DNA of 64,000 bases from an uncultured Acidobacteriota bacterium. GTDB lineage: Bacteria; Acidobacteriota; UBA6911. The stretch is taken from the NCBI GenBank assembly GCA_963761825.1, contig CAVXIH010000009.1, forward strand, positions 542,632 through 606,631. The letters are read 5' to 3'. Below, piece after piece: positions 52,441 to 63,877 of the stretch; the first letter of the stretch is position 1; every line of letters begins with the position of its first letter. Under the pieces are notes generated by a model. The model saw only the letters and a list, made by a program, of their open reading frames with translations. It was not told the origin of the DNA and did not search any database. The position numbers were made by a program, and so were the translations under genes.

Positions 52441-54373
52441 TGAGCGCTGGCAAAACCTCCCGCACAAACGCCCCAACGCCTCCGCCGCCGGGGCGAGCCA
52501 GGACACGGCCGCGCGGCCCGATGATGTTCGGCTCCGCACATCGAAGCGCCCAGGGATTACCGCAAGATCCCTGCAGCGCCTGATGCGCTACTTCGGCGGC
52601 AACAGAGCTCTGATGATGCGTCGACTGTTTTCATCGCCGCCGGAACCCTGCTGCAGAGCGCTGGGCCCGGCACTGATCGGCGAGGCGATCAAGAATGATC
52701 TGGAGCTGTCGCAAGAACCTCCCCGATTTCGTCTACCAGAATGGAAATCGTGCTGGCGACCGTTCTCGGCGCCTGGGTGGCCGATGCAGCATCCGGCATC
52801 ATGCTGACGCGCCTCTCCAACAAAATCGTCTACCGCCTCCGCGAAGACTCCTTTGCGCACGTCCAAACGCTCTCGATGGGATCCTTCGACAAGCGCGGGA
52901 TCGGCGATTTCATCAGCCGCATGACCAACGACATCGAAATGGTCTTCAATGCGATGAACAACGGCTTCTCCAGCCTGGTCGGCGGCCTGCTTTCCATGAT
53001 CACCGTCCTGGTCGCGATGTTTGTGCTCTCCGTTCCGCTTTCGTTCGTAGTCCTCGCCGTCGTGCCGGTGATGGCGGTTCTGACCGGAATTATCGGGAAG
53101 AAAATCCGGGGAGCTTTCCGCAAAAACCAGGAATGGGTCGGCCGGTTGACTTCCAGCATCGAAGAGTCCGTTTCGGGAGTCAAAGTCATCAAAACATTCC
53201 GCCGCGAAGAAGCGGAGTTCGCAAAATTTGAAAAAGTGAACGATGAAAGCCAGCGCGTGGGCGTGGAAGCGGAACTGATTTCCTACGCATTCATGCCGCT
53301 GATGAATATCATGACGTCGCTGACGCTTGGACTGATTGTCGGCGTGGGCGGTTACATGGCGCTCAAATCCGCTGCCGCCTCAGCCGCCGGACGGCACAGC
53401 AGCCGGCGGGAGGCGTCTCCATCGGGCTTTTGACGGCCTTCATCCTGTATTCTCAGCGCTTCTTCGAACCCGCTGCGCCAGATCACGCAGGTGTACAGCA
53501 TGATTCAATCGGCCCTGGCGGGAGCGGAACGCCTGTTCGAAATGATGGATATGAAGCAGGAGGTCGTTGAAAAACCGGACGCGCTTCCTTTGAATGACAT
53601 TCAAGGAGTCGTCGAGTTCAACGGTGTCGGCTTTGCATATGAGGAAAGCAAGACCGTCCTTGAAGACATTCAATTCCAGACCCAGCCCGGCCAGGTCGTC
53701 GCCATCGTCGGGCCCGACCGGCGCAGGCAAAACGACGATCATCAACCTGCTGAGCCGCTTTTACGATGTGCGCAGCGGCAGTATTGCAATCGACGGCATC
53801 GATATCCGCGGTATCAAGCTGGACGATCTGCGCACCCGGATGGGCGTGGTGTTGCAGGAGCCCTTCTTCTTCGCCACCACGATCCGGGAGAACCTGCTGT
53901 ATGCGCGCCCGGACGCAACGGAAGAACAGATGATATCCGCGGCGAAAACAGCGAACGCCCATTATTTCATATCACGCCTGCCGCACGGCTACGACACGAT
54001 GCTGTCCGAGCGCGGCAACAACCTGTCGCAGGGAGAGCGTCAACTGCTGGGCATCGCGCGCGCCATCCTGGCGGACCCGCGCATACTGATCCTGGACGAA
54101 GCCACCTCCAGCGTGGACAGCCTGACGGAAGCGCACATACAGGAAGGGTTGATCCGGCTGATGAAGGGCCGAACCAGCTTTATCATCGCCCATCGCCTTT
54201 CGACGATCCGCAATGCAGACCAAGTCCTGGTCCTGCACAATCACCGCATCATCGAGTCCGGCACGCACGAACAGCTCATGAGCAAACCCGGTGGCTTTTA
54301 TGCAAAGCTCTACGGCATGCAGGATCAGAAGCCGGAAATACTGGAATCCGATTTTACGGGAGAGCAGGCGTAG
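52440..54373 (+). CDS. ABC exporter subunit 2 (heterodimer partner), 5 or more frameshifts; 5' end approximate
   Basis: SLQRLMRYFGG N-terminus, TMD 52741-53433, NBD with GPTGAGKTTIINLL, LSQGERQLLGIARA and ILILDEATSSVD (53594-54373). Confidence 0.65.
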
Positions 54374-54396
54374 CCATCAGGCAGAAAACGTGGAAA

Positions 54397-54446
54397 ACGT
54401 GGACACCCACTATTTACATAGAAAGAAACGTGGACACCCACTATTT
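54397..54446. repeat. REP-like doublet, family 2 (aacgtggacacccactattt x2)
   Basis: Two direct copies 30 bp apart. Inverted relative to the doublet at 55855-55913 on the other side of the Y1 transposase gene. Confidence 0.55.
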
Positions 54447-54583
54447 CTATGTTTGATTTTTGTTGACTAAATCCGGGTCTCTGCGAGGAAGGGCTATTAG
54501 GGATAGAGGAAACGGATGCGCCCAGTGAATAAGACAAATCGACAGAGTGGCGGACTTTAGCTCAGTCTCCGGCATGGAGATAG

Positions 54584-55790
54584 TCAAATGATGCAGGAAA
54601 CGATCGATGGGATCAGAGGATCTCGCGGGAGTTGCAGAGGAAGGACTGATGGAGGGATAGGGTTCAGGCCGATTGCGGTGGCGAGACTGCAAAGGAGGCT
54701 CGAGCCGCGGCAACGCCGGTAAGCCAGCGTCTGGCCGAGCTGATCTGCAAAACTGCGCAGACTGGAAACCAGACCGGCTGCGAGGCGGAATTTGGATGCG
54801 AAGAGGGAAACGGTGTCAATCCACGCTTCGGGATTGGCCCCGATCCGCAGGAGGATCGGGGCAAGACCGGCATCGATGGCTCCGCGCTTGTCGGACCGCA
54901 GTATGCGCCCTGATTTATCCACCAGATCGAAATACTCGGTTGCCGTCATCGGGAGGATGCCGCGGCGTTGGGAATCCGATTGGATAGGACACAGCCAGCA
55001 AGAGGAAGGGGCACGAAGGGAATTGAAAGGAAGGCATTCGGGGATAGCGTTGGAACTGTCGGCCCTATCTTCCAGTGTCTGCAGGTCTTGGCTGAAAGAG
55101 CCAGACGGACAGTTTTGATTGGGCTCACCGGGAACGGAGCCTGCGGCCATCATTTCGCTTATGCCATGCGCGGATTCGTTCCTGGATGCTGGTGAAGTTG
55201 CTTTCTTCAGGAGTGGCAGCGAGAGCGGCGCGGATAGGATTGAGATCGACATAAACCATGCAAGCGGCGATGGCCGCATCGTCGAGCAGGTTCTGGCATT
55301 TGAAGCGCGATTCCCAGAACCGGCCTTTGACGCTATCTTCTTTGTTTGCAGCGCGGGCGATGAATTCGTTAAGCCGGCCCATGAACCAGCTCAGGCTACA
55401 CAAACGTTTACGCAGTTGGGCGATACGTTCCGGGCAATCGGCCAGGGCGCGGATTTGCTCGTCGGTAGGGGGCACGGCGGCATCCTTGAGAGGGAAGAGG
55501 GTCAGCCAGCGGATTGCCACGTCCCAATCGGACCAGGTAGCGACGATGTCGGGGCGAGTGCGCAGAATAGAGTGGTAGTGAGTCTCCATGATGGCGTAAG
55601 CGCAGACTTCGATAGCGAAAATAGCGGCGAGATGCCGCAACCTGTCGACCAGCCATGTTTTGCGGTGGGAGAAGTCGCGTTGTGTGAGGGTGTCGTAGCC
55701 GCAAAGAAACGCCCTGCGGACGCACCGGCTGAAGCAGTGATAGACGCCTTCTTTTCCTTCCTTGACATATTTGCTGCGCGGGAGAGCCAT
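54584..55790 (-). mobile_element. Y1 (HUH) IS200/RAYT-like transposase, apparently frameshifted at about 55125-55279, with C-terminal extension
   Basis: N-terminal ORF 55125-55790 carries a HUH motif (METHYHSIL) and a downstream catalytic-Tyr region. A second frame (54584-55279) continues with an alpha-helical extension. Flanked by inverted REP-like doublets. Confidence 0.55.
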
Positions 55791-55854
55791 GGTTCACCTC
55801 GTTTCATATAACTAATGGCGAACTCATGGAATGAGCCAAAATATATTTATAAAT

Positions 55855-55913
55855 AAGTGGGTGTCCAGGGTCTCCTTGGTCTACTGGTCTAATAAAGAAG
55901 TGGGTGTCCAGGG
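55855..55913. repeat. REP-like doublet, family 2 (aagtgggtgtccaggg x2), inverted partner of 54397-54446
   Basis: Core gtgggtgtcca is the reverse complement of tggacacccac. Followed by gttgctg micro-repeats at 55921-55960. Confidence 0.55.
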
Positions 55914-56047
55914 TTACTGTCCAGGGTTGCTGCTGGTGTTGCTGGTTATGTTGCTGCTATATTTCTTTCCCGTGTACGTTAACGGGATGCTATAGTACCT
56001 CGCATTTAGCGGATTACAGGCAAAGCGGTTCATCCCGGAGGTTTATA

Positions 56048-58426
56048 TGAGGACTAGTACCGGAGCACCTATCCGTTCATTCAGGATACTGCTTTTTTCG
56101 CTGATTGGCTGCCTGCCGGCAGTTTCTGCTTTATCGCAGGGAAATCCTCCATACCGCAATCCTAACTCTGCCGATTGAACAGAGGGTCGCCGATCTTCTG
56201 TCCCGCATGACGCTGGAAGAAAAAATCGCGCAGCTGACCAGCGCCATGGAAAGGACCGTGAACTCCTCCGATCCCAAATCCTCGCTGGTCGACGCCAAAG
56301 GATCGTTCCAGCCGGAACGCGCAGCCGTCCTGATCAAAGACGGCATCGGACAGATCTCGCGACCCAGCGGGATGCGCGGACCGCGCCAAATGGCCGAGTT
56401 CACCAACTCCATCCAGAAATGGGCCAAGGAGAATACGCGCCTGGGAATCCCGATTTTATTCCATGAAGAGTGCCTGCACGGCCACGCGGCGGTGAAGGGG
56501 ACGTCCTTTCCACAAGCCATTGCCCTGGCATCGACCTGGGACCCGAAAATTGTGGAGGACGTATTCTCCGCCACTGCAAATGAAGTCCGCGCCCGCGGCT
56601 CGCATCAGTGCCTGACGCCCGTATTGGACGTGGCGCGCGATCCGCGATGGGGACGCACGGAAGAGACCTATGGCGAAGATCCCTATCTCGCATCGCGCAT
56701 CGGAGTCGCAGCCGTCAAAGGGTTCCAGGGCACCGGGCCTAACATCGACAGATCTCACGTGATTGCGACGGCGAAGCATTTCGCAGTGCACGGCCAGCCC
56801 GAAGGCGGCGCCAACGTGGGGCCGGGCAATTATTCGGAGCGAATCATTCGCGAATTTTTCCTGAAACCGTTCGAAGCGGCTGTAAGGGAAGGCTCCATCC
56901 AGAGCGTGATGGCATCCTACAACGAAATCGACGGCGTCCCGTCGCATGGCAACAAGTTTCTGCTCGACAACATTCTGCGGCAGGAATGGGGATTTAATGG
57001 AATCGTGGTTTCGGATTATTTCGGCATCCGGCAATTGAGGTCCAAGCATTTCGTTGTGGGCACCGGCGAAGAAGCCGCCAAGCTGGCTTTGGAATCCGGC
57101 GTGGACATCGAGCTTCCCTACATCGAGGTCAATCATCTGCTCCTGGACCAGGTGAAGCAGGGCAAGGTTTCGGAAGCGTATATCGACCGCGCTGCAGCCC
57201 GCATCCTGCGATCGAAATTCATCACGGGCCTTTTCGACGATCCTTTCGTGGATCCTGACATTGCCGAAAAAGTAACCAACAACGGCGAACACCGGCAGCT
57301 TGCGCTCGAGGCCGCGCGCAAATCCATCATCCTTCTCAAAAACGAAGGGGGTTTGCTGCCGCTTCATAAGGCCAACTACAAGCGGATCGCAGTGATCGGC
57401 CCTAATGCGAAGGAAGTGCACCTCGGCGGCTACAGCGGCACCCCGGGACGCGGCGTCAGCATCCTGGACGGGATTAAAGCGAAGGTCGGCACCGGAATCG
57501 ACATTCAGTATGCCGTGGGAGTGAAAATCACGGAGACGCGCGGCGACTCGGAGACGATGCCGACGTTTGAAGACAAGCTCACGCTCGGCGACCCGGTTCT
57601 GAATGCAAAGCGCATCCGGGAAGCAGTGGGTGTCGCAGAAAAATCCGACCTTATCATTCTCGCGCTGGGAGGAAACGAACAGACATGCCGCGAGGCCTGG
57701 GCCAATCATCTTGGCGACCGCAACGATCTCGACCTGCTCGGCAACCAGGACGACCTCGTCAAAGCCATGCTTGAGCTGGGCAAGCCCGTCGTGGTGTTCC
57801 TGATTCACGGCCGCCCGAACTCCATCAACTATATCGCCCAAACTGTTCCCGCAATCCTCGAAGGGTGGTACCTGGGACAGGAAACAGGGACGGCAGTCGC
57901 GGACGTGCTGTTTGGCGACTATAATCCGGGCGGCAAACTGCCCATTACGGTGCCTCGTTCGGTCGGCCAATTGCCAATTTACTATTATCAAAAACCTTCC
58001 GCCCGACTCGAATACGTCGATTCGGCCTCGTCGCCGCTGTATCCCTTCGGCTGGGGACTGAGCTACACCACGTTTAAATATGGAAAGATCACTCTATTGC
58101 CGGATACGATCGGTCTCGAAGGCAAAACAAGAGTTTCGGTGGACGTCACCAATGCCGGTACCACCAGCGGGGACGAAGTTGTGCAGCTGTACATTCGGGA
58201 CGAAGTCAGTTCCATAACACGACCGGTCAAGGAACTCCGCGGATTCCGCCGCATCACGCTCGATCCCGGAAAAACGCAGACCGTTGAATTCACCCTGGGA
58301 CCCGAGGAGCTTTCATTCCTCAACCGGGACATGCGGCGGGTCGTGGAACCCGGAACATTCAAGATCATGATTGGCGGTAATTCCGTGGATCTGATCGAAA
58401 CAACACTCAACGTAATCGCCAAATGA
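56048..58426 (+). CDS. glycoside hydrolase family 3 beta-glucosidase (BglX-like), secreted; one frameshift at about 56150
   Basis: Signal peptide MRTSTGAPIRSFRILLFSLIGCLPAVSA in the frame from 56048. GH3 N- and C-terminal domains and fibronectin-like tail (773-aa ORF from 56105). Confidence 0.8.
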
Positions 58427-59535
58427 AACGTGCCGGGATTCACCAGATTGCCGAGCTGGCCGGAGTTTCGATCGGCACCGTCGATAGAGCACTGCACGGC
58501 CGCCCTGGTATCCGCGAGACCACCAGGAAGCGAGTACTTCGCATCGCGAAGAAGCTTTCCTACACGCCGCACCTGGCAGCCCGCATCCTCTCCGCGCGCC
58601 GCGCGGACTTGCGCATCGGCGTCTGCATTCCCGAAGAAATTCATTTTTTCTATGACCAGATCCGCGCCGGGATCTACGACGAGGCGCAGCGATCCGATGG
58701 ACTGGGCGTCAGGATTACGTATCGCGCCGTTCCGGGCCTGGGCGAAGGGGAGCGCGAGCGGATTTCCGATCTACTGGCCGAAGGTGTTCATGCGCTGATC
58801 GTCACCCCGGGAAACCCGAAATCGGTTACACCGCTGATCGACAAGGCAGAGGAACGCAATGTGCGCGTCGTCTGCATCACAACGGATGCGCCGCAAAGCC
58901 GCCGCACGTCTTTCGTTGGAGTGAACCCGGAACTCAGCGGCAGGCTCGCGGCCGAACTCATGTCCAAGTTTGTGCCGCACGGATCTGAGGTGGCCGTCAT
59001 CACTGGCATGCTGACAACTGAGGAACACCGTCGAAAAAGCGAAGGATTCCAATCCGGCTTCCGGAAAGACTGCCGCGGCGGCAAAATCGCCGCAGTCCTC
59101 GAAGCGCACGAATCCGAAGAGGAGAGCTACCGGAAGACCTGCCGGCTCATCGCCGACCATCCGGATTTGCAGGGCATTTACGTGAGCACTGTCAACTGTC
59201 TGCCCGTTTGCCGCGCGCTGAAGGACAACAAAAGAGCGGGCCACATACAGCTCATCACCACGGATCTTTTTCCCGAGATGGCGCCCTATTTCAAGCGCGG
59301 AACGATTCGGGCCTCGATTTATCAGGACCCCTATCTTCAGGGCAAGACCGCCGTGCGGGCACTCACGGATTTTCTATTGAATAGGACGGAGATCCCCAGG
59401 ATACAGTTCCTGAACCCGGGGATCGTATTGCGTACGAATCTCGCACTATTTCGCGAATCGTCGAAACAAAGGATCAAAGGATATCAAAGGGGTAAAGGAG
59501 TAAAGGGGCAAAGGGAAAGAGGGAAAGGCGGATAG
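58423..59535 (+). CDS. LacI-family transcriptional regulator (true stop probably about 59460; ORF tail runs into the AAAGGAT repeat)
   Basis: HTH IAELAGVSIGTVDRALHGRPGIRETTRKRV and periplasmic-binding-fold effector domain. Last ~25 codons (KGYQRGKGVKGQRERGKGG) are repeat-encoded. Confidence 0.7.
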   Translation: MKRAGIHQIAELAGVSIGTVDRALHGRPGIRETTRKRVLRIAKKLSYTPHLAARILSARRADLRIGVCIPEEIHFFYDQIRAGIYDEAQRSDGLGVRITYRAVPGLGEGERERISDLLAEGVHALIVTPGNPKSVTPLIDKAEERNVRVVCITTDAPQSRRTSFVGVNPELSGRLAAELMSKFVPHGSEVAVITGMLTTEEHRRKSEGFQSGFRKDCRGGKIAAVLEAHESEEESYRKTCRLIADHPDLQGIYVSTVNCLPVCRALKDNKRAGHIQLITTDLFPEMAPYFKRGTIRASIYQDPYLQGKTAVRALTDFLLNRTEIPRIQFLNPGIVLRTNLALFRESSKQRIKGYQRGKGVKGQRERGKGG

Positions 59536-59627
59536 AGGATAGTGGGATGAAGAGGAACGGGGATAGCGGTTCTTTCCCCTTTAATCCTTTAATCCTTTAA
59601 TCCTTTAATCCTTGATTCCTTTGGTCC
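59464..59627. repeat. AAAGGAT / TAATCCT heptamer arrays forming a long imperfect hairpin
   Basis: caaaggatcaaaggatatcaaagggg... opposite cccctttaatcctttaatcctttaatcctttaatccttgattcctttgg, immediately upstream of uxaC. Confidence 0.55.
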
Positions 59628-59639
59628 TGAGGAGCAAAC

Positions 59640-61056
59640 ATGAACCGAAAACTCAACCTACATCAAGACCGTCTCTTCCCGGCAGATGCGACGCAACGGG
59701 CGATTGCACGGCGGCTCTATGAGGAAGTGCGCGGGCTGCCGATTATCAGCCCGCACGGGCATACGGATCCGCAATGGTTTGCGGACAACAAACCATTCCC
59801 TGACCCGGCGACGCTGCTGGTCATTCCGGATCACTATGTCTATCGGATGCTGTACAGCCAGGGAGTTTCACTGGAATCGCTGGGTATCCCGAGGATGGAT
59901 GAAGGGCCGGTTGAGAAGGATTCCCGCAAGATCTGGCGGCTTGTTTGCGCAGCACTGGTATCTCTTTCGCGGCACACCCACACAGATGTGGTTCCAACAT
60001 GTGCTGCACGAAGTGTTCGGGATCCGGGAACGGTTGACTCCGGAATCTGCCGAAAGAATCTATGACGCTATCGCGGACTGTCTCTCGCGGCCGGAGTTTC
60101 TGCCGCGGGCTTTGTACGAGCGCTTCAACATCGAGGTGCTGTCTACGACCGAGTCGCCGCTCGATCCGCTGGTGCATCATCAGAAACTGCGCGCGTCAGG
60201 ATGGAAAGGACGTATCGTTCCGACATATCGCCCCGACCCGGTGGTGGATCCGGAATTCGCCGGCTTTGCGAACAATGTTCTGAAACTCGGCGAGATGACG
60301 GGAGAGGACACGGCTACGTGGTCCGGATATCTGCGGGCCTTATCGAATCGCCGCCGGTTTTTCGCTGCGCAGGGCGCGACTGCAACCGATCACGGCCACT
60401 CTTCCGCAATTACCTATGACCTGCCGCGTTCGCGATGCGAGGCTTTGCTGGCCAAAGCTTGCGCGGGAAACATCACTTCCATGGAGGCTCAGGAATTTCG
60501 CGGGCAGATGCTGAGCGAAATGGCGCAGATGAGCCTCGAGGATGGCCTGGTGATGCAGATCCATCCCGGGGCTTATCGCAACCATAATCCTTCCGTCTTC
60601 GGCGCGTTCGGTCTCGATAAGGGCTGCGACATTCCGATGCGCACGGATTATGTGCATGATCTCAAACCGCTGCTCGATCGCTTCGGGAACGAAAAGCGGC
60701 TAACCATCATTCTTTTTACGCTGGATGAATCGACGTACTCGCGCGAACTTGCTCCGCTGGCCGGCCACTATCCGGCTCTGAAGCTGGGTCCGGCATGGTG
60801 GTTTTACGATAGTCCTGAAGGCATGCGGTTTTACCGCGAGCGGGTGACTGAAACGGCCGGATTTTACAACACGGTCGGGTTTAACGACGACACGCGGGCA
60901 TTCCCGTCTATTCCTGCGCGGCACGACGTCGCGCGGCGCGTGGACTGCGCTTTCCTCGCGCGGCTGGTGGCCGAACATCGCCTCGATGAAGATGAAGCGC
61001 GCGAAGTGGCAATCGATCTCGCATACAGGCTGGCCAAACAGGCATACCGGATCTGA
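59640..61056 (+). CDS. uxaC: glucuronate isomerase UxaC (one frameshift at about 59940)
   Basis: IISPHGHTDPQWFADN N-terminus in the 59640 frame. Remainder in the 59686-61056 frame (WYLFRGTPTQMWF, LTIILFTLDE, GFNDDTRAF). Confidence 0.8.
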
Positions 61057-61130
61057 TGGCAAGCATGGTCCGCACTTCTCGCGGCATTTTTAGCGAAGCG
61101 GCGCAGATGGGCGTGGATATAATTGATACT

Positions 61131-61207
61131 GGATTCCAGATTCCAGATTCCAGATATCAGGTTGCAGGACGCTAGCTGTCGTTAATCCGGAATTTGGAAT
61201 CTGAATT
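61131..61207. repeat. AGATTCC heptamer tandem array with downstream inverted partner
   Basis: ggattccagattccagattccagatatcag ... ccggaatttggaatctgaatt. Same unit as at 9974-10004. Confidence 0.5.
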
Positions 61208-61225
61208 AACCTGCAAGGAAGACAT

Positions 61226-62506
61226 ATGTCTGATGCTTTTAAAATAAAAAATTTGCGATGGTGGATCGCAATCCTGCTCATGGGCATCACCACCATCAAT
61301 TATCTTGACCGCATCACGCTCTCGGTCGCGGCGCCAGAATTCAAGAAGAGCCTGGGCATTGGCGAGGTGGATTATTCCCAATCGTCATGGCGTTCCAGTT
61401 GGCTTATCTGATCATGATGCCGGTTGTAGGACGATTCATCGATTGGCTGGGATTAAGAGCTGGGATTCACACTCTCGATAATTACGTGGTCCATCGCTCA
61501 GATGATTACCGCACTCGCCACTGGATGGCGCTCGTTTGCCGTATTTCGTTCACTGCTTGGCATCACCGAGGCCGGCAATTTCCCGGGCGGTGCGAAAGCA
61601 GTCGCTGAATGGTTCCGGCCAAAAGAAAGGACTCTCGCCACAGGGATCTTCAATATGGGCGCAGGGATTGGGGCACTTATCGCTCCGCCGCTGGTTGCCT
61701 TCCTGATCCTGAAGTACAACTGGCAGACTGCCTTTGTTGTAACCGGTGCTTTCGGCCTGTTCTGGGCGATCCTGTGGGCGTGGCTGTATCGGTCTCCTGA
61801 AAAGCATCCGTGGCTTTCAAAAGAAGAGCTGTCGCATATCAGGGAAGGAGAGCAAGAGCTCGCCACAGTAAAAGCGCCCAAAGGGAAAGGTGTTTGGAAA
61901 ATTGTTTTGCCGCAGAGAAACTTCTGGGCTCTGGGAATCGCGCGATTTTTTTCCGAACCGGCCTGGCAGTTTTTCAGCTACTGGATCCCGCTCTATCTGG
62001 CCACCGAGCGGAATATGAATCTGAAGCAGATCGGATATTTTGCATGGCTTCCTTTCCTGGCAGCGGACCTCGGCTCCATGTTCGGAGGTGTGCTGTCGCC
62101 GTTTTTCATTAATAAAATGCGCATGTCCGTTCTGACGGCGCGCAAGTGCGCCGCCACCGTGAGCGCTTTCTTGATGGTATTTGCGGTTTTCATCGGCAGA
62201 GCGCCTTCGCCTGGATGGGCCATATTCTTTTTCTGCATAGGCACATTTGCCCACCAGTCCATGTCCGCCACGCTGATGACTTTGCCGGCGGACCTCTTCC
62301 CGAAAACGACGGTCGCCACAGCGAACGGCTTGTCAGGCACTACAGCCGTGCTCGGTGGAATGATATTTACAGCGATTGTGGGGATTGTTGCCCAGACCAT
62401 CGGCTATGGTCCATTGTTTACGGCTATCGCTTTTCTTGACATTATCGGCGTCGCATTTCTGTGGTCGTTGCTGCGCGAGCCCAAACATTTCGCTGAGGGG
62501 AAGTAA
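61226..62506 (+). CDS. MFS transporter, hexuronate/anion:cation symporter (ExuT-like), 2-3 frameshifts
   Basis: LRWWIAILLMGITTINYLDRITLSVAAPE N-terminus, then 61387-61608 and 61502-62506 frames carry GITEAGNFPGGAKAVAEWF and the C-terminal 6 TM helices. Confidence 0.65.
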
Positions 62507-62546
62507 CTCAAGATTTCGAATCTCGAATCCCGAAGGAGCATGTTAG

Positions 62547-63702
62547 ATGCGGTTCAAGACACTGCCGATTTTCCTGGCCTTTTTTCTCATGGGGCTCGCC
62601 GATGCAATGGGACCCATGTCGGATGGGGTGAAAAAGCAGTATGAGCTGAGCAACCTGGTGGCGACGCTACTGCCGTTTTTCGTCTTCATCGCTTTCGCCA
62701 TTTTCAGCATCCCCGGAGGGCTTCTGGCGGCGCGCATCGGCAAGAAGAAACTGCTGCTCCTGGGGCTTGGGCTCAACGCGGCTGCACTGCTGGTGCCATC
62801 GCTTCAAATGCCGAGTTTTGCGCTTCTGCTTGCGTGCATCTTTCTCCTCGGCGTCGGCACGACGCTTCCTTCAGGTAGCCGGCAATCCCATCATGCGCGA
62901 TGTGAGTCCGGAGGGCGCCTATAGCCGGAATCTCAGCTTTGCCCAGGGCATCAAAGGTATCGGCAGCACGCTGTCAACCTATCTGATCAGTGCGCTGGCC
63001 GGCCTTGCTGTTTTCCAGGGCTTGGGATGGCGCGGCGCATTCCCGCTGTTTTTCGTGCTCATGGCTCTGGCCTTCCTGTCGGTTGCATCGTTGAAGATTG
63101 AGGAGACCAAGGCGGACAAGCCTCCCAGCCTCGCATCCAGTCTCAGGCTGCTAAAAGAGCCCATTTTCCTTCTCGCCGTGGTCGGCATTTTCCTTTATGT
63201 CGGCGCCGAGTCCTGCATGTCGCGTTTTCTCAATCCCACGCTGCAGGCTTTTGGCATGGATGCTCAAGCTGCCAACAAATGGGGACCGACTCTCTTCTTT
63301 TTAATGCTCACTATCGGCCGGCTTTTGGGTGGTGCAATTCTCACCATCATGAGCCCGCGCAACTGTTTTCGTCTCTCGGCACTGCTGGGAGTCTTGGGCG
63401 CGGGCTCTCTCATGACGGGAGCAGCCGGCGTGGCGATTCCGGCTATCATTGCCGCGGGTCTGGGTTTTGCCAATATCTGGCCCATGCTCTTTTCAATCAC
63501 AATCGAAAATAAACCGGAATGCGCAAACGAGCTCAGCGGCCTGATGTGCATGGCCATCTCCGGCGGTGCGCTTGTGCCTTTGCTCATGGGGTGGCTGGTG
63601 GATATGGATTGGAAGGCAACAGCCTTCATCGTGCCCTTGGCTTGCTTTGTGTATCTGCTGCTGCTTTCGCTAAAGGGAGAGCAGCGGCCTACAATGGTTT
63701 AA
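62547..63702 (+). CDS. MFS transporter (sugar permease-like), one frameshift at about 62900
   Basis: Two frames (62547-62924, 62767-63702). 12 predicted TM helices. Confidence 0.55.
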
Positions 63703-63717
63703 TAAAAAAGAGTGTGG

Positions 63718-63838
63718 TTTAGGCCTGACAAGTCGGCATCGGAATCGCTATCGGGATCGGTATCGGCTTTTCAGATCGAGGATCGATTTCCGAGATTCGA
63801 TACCGATAGCGATAGCGATTCCGATACCGACCTTATTG
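63718..63838. repeat. GATACCG-unit hairpin repeat, copy C
   Basis: gtcggcatcggaatcgctatcgggatcggtatcggc ... tcgataccgatagcgatagcgattccgataccgacc (arms are reverse complements). Confidence 0.55.
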
Positions 63839-63877
63839 GATTGCGGCTATACCGATGCGATTCAAAGGAGAATCAGC

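Noticed and set aside
52424-52807. 127-aa ORF that looks like a separate small protein.
   Set aside because: It is the frameshifted N-terminus of the second ABC exporter (SLQRLMRYFGG...ALIGEAIKNDLE).
59464-61207. Possible CRISPR array, because of the short tandem repeats.
   Set aside because: The units are 7-14 nt with no unique spacers of 30-40 nt and no cas genes nearby. They are simple tandem or inverted repeats.
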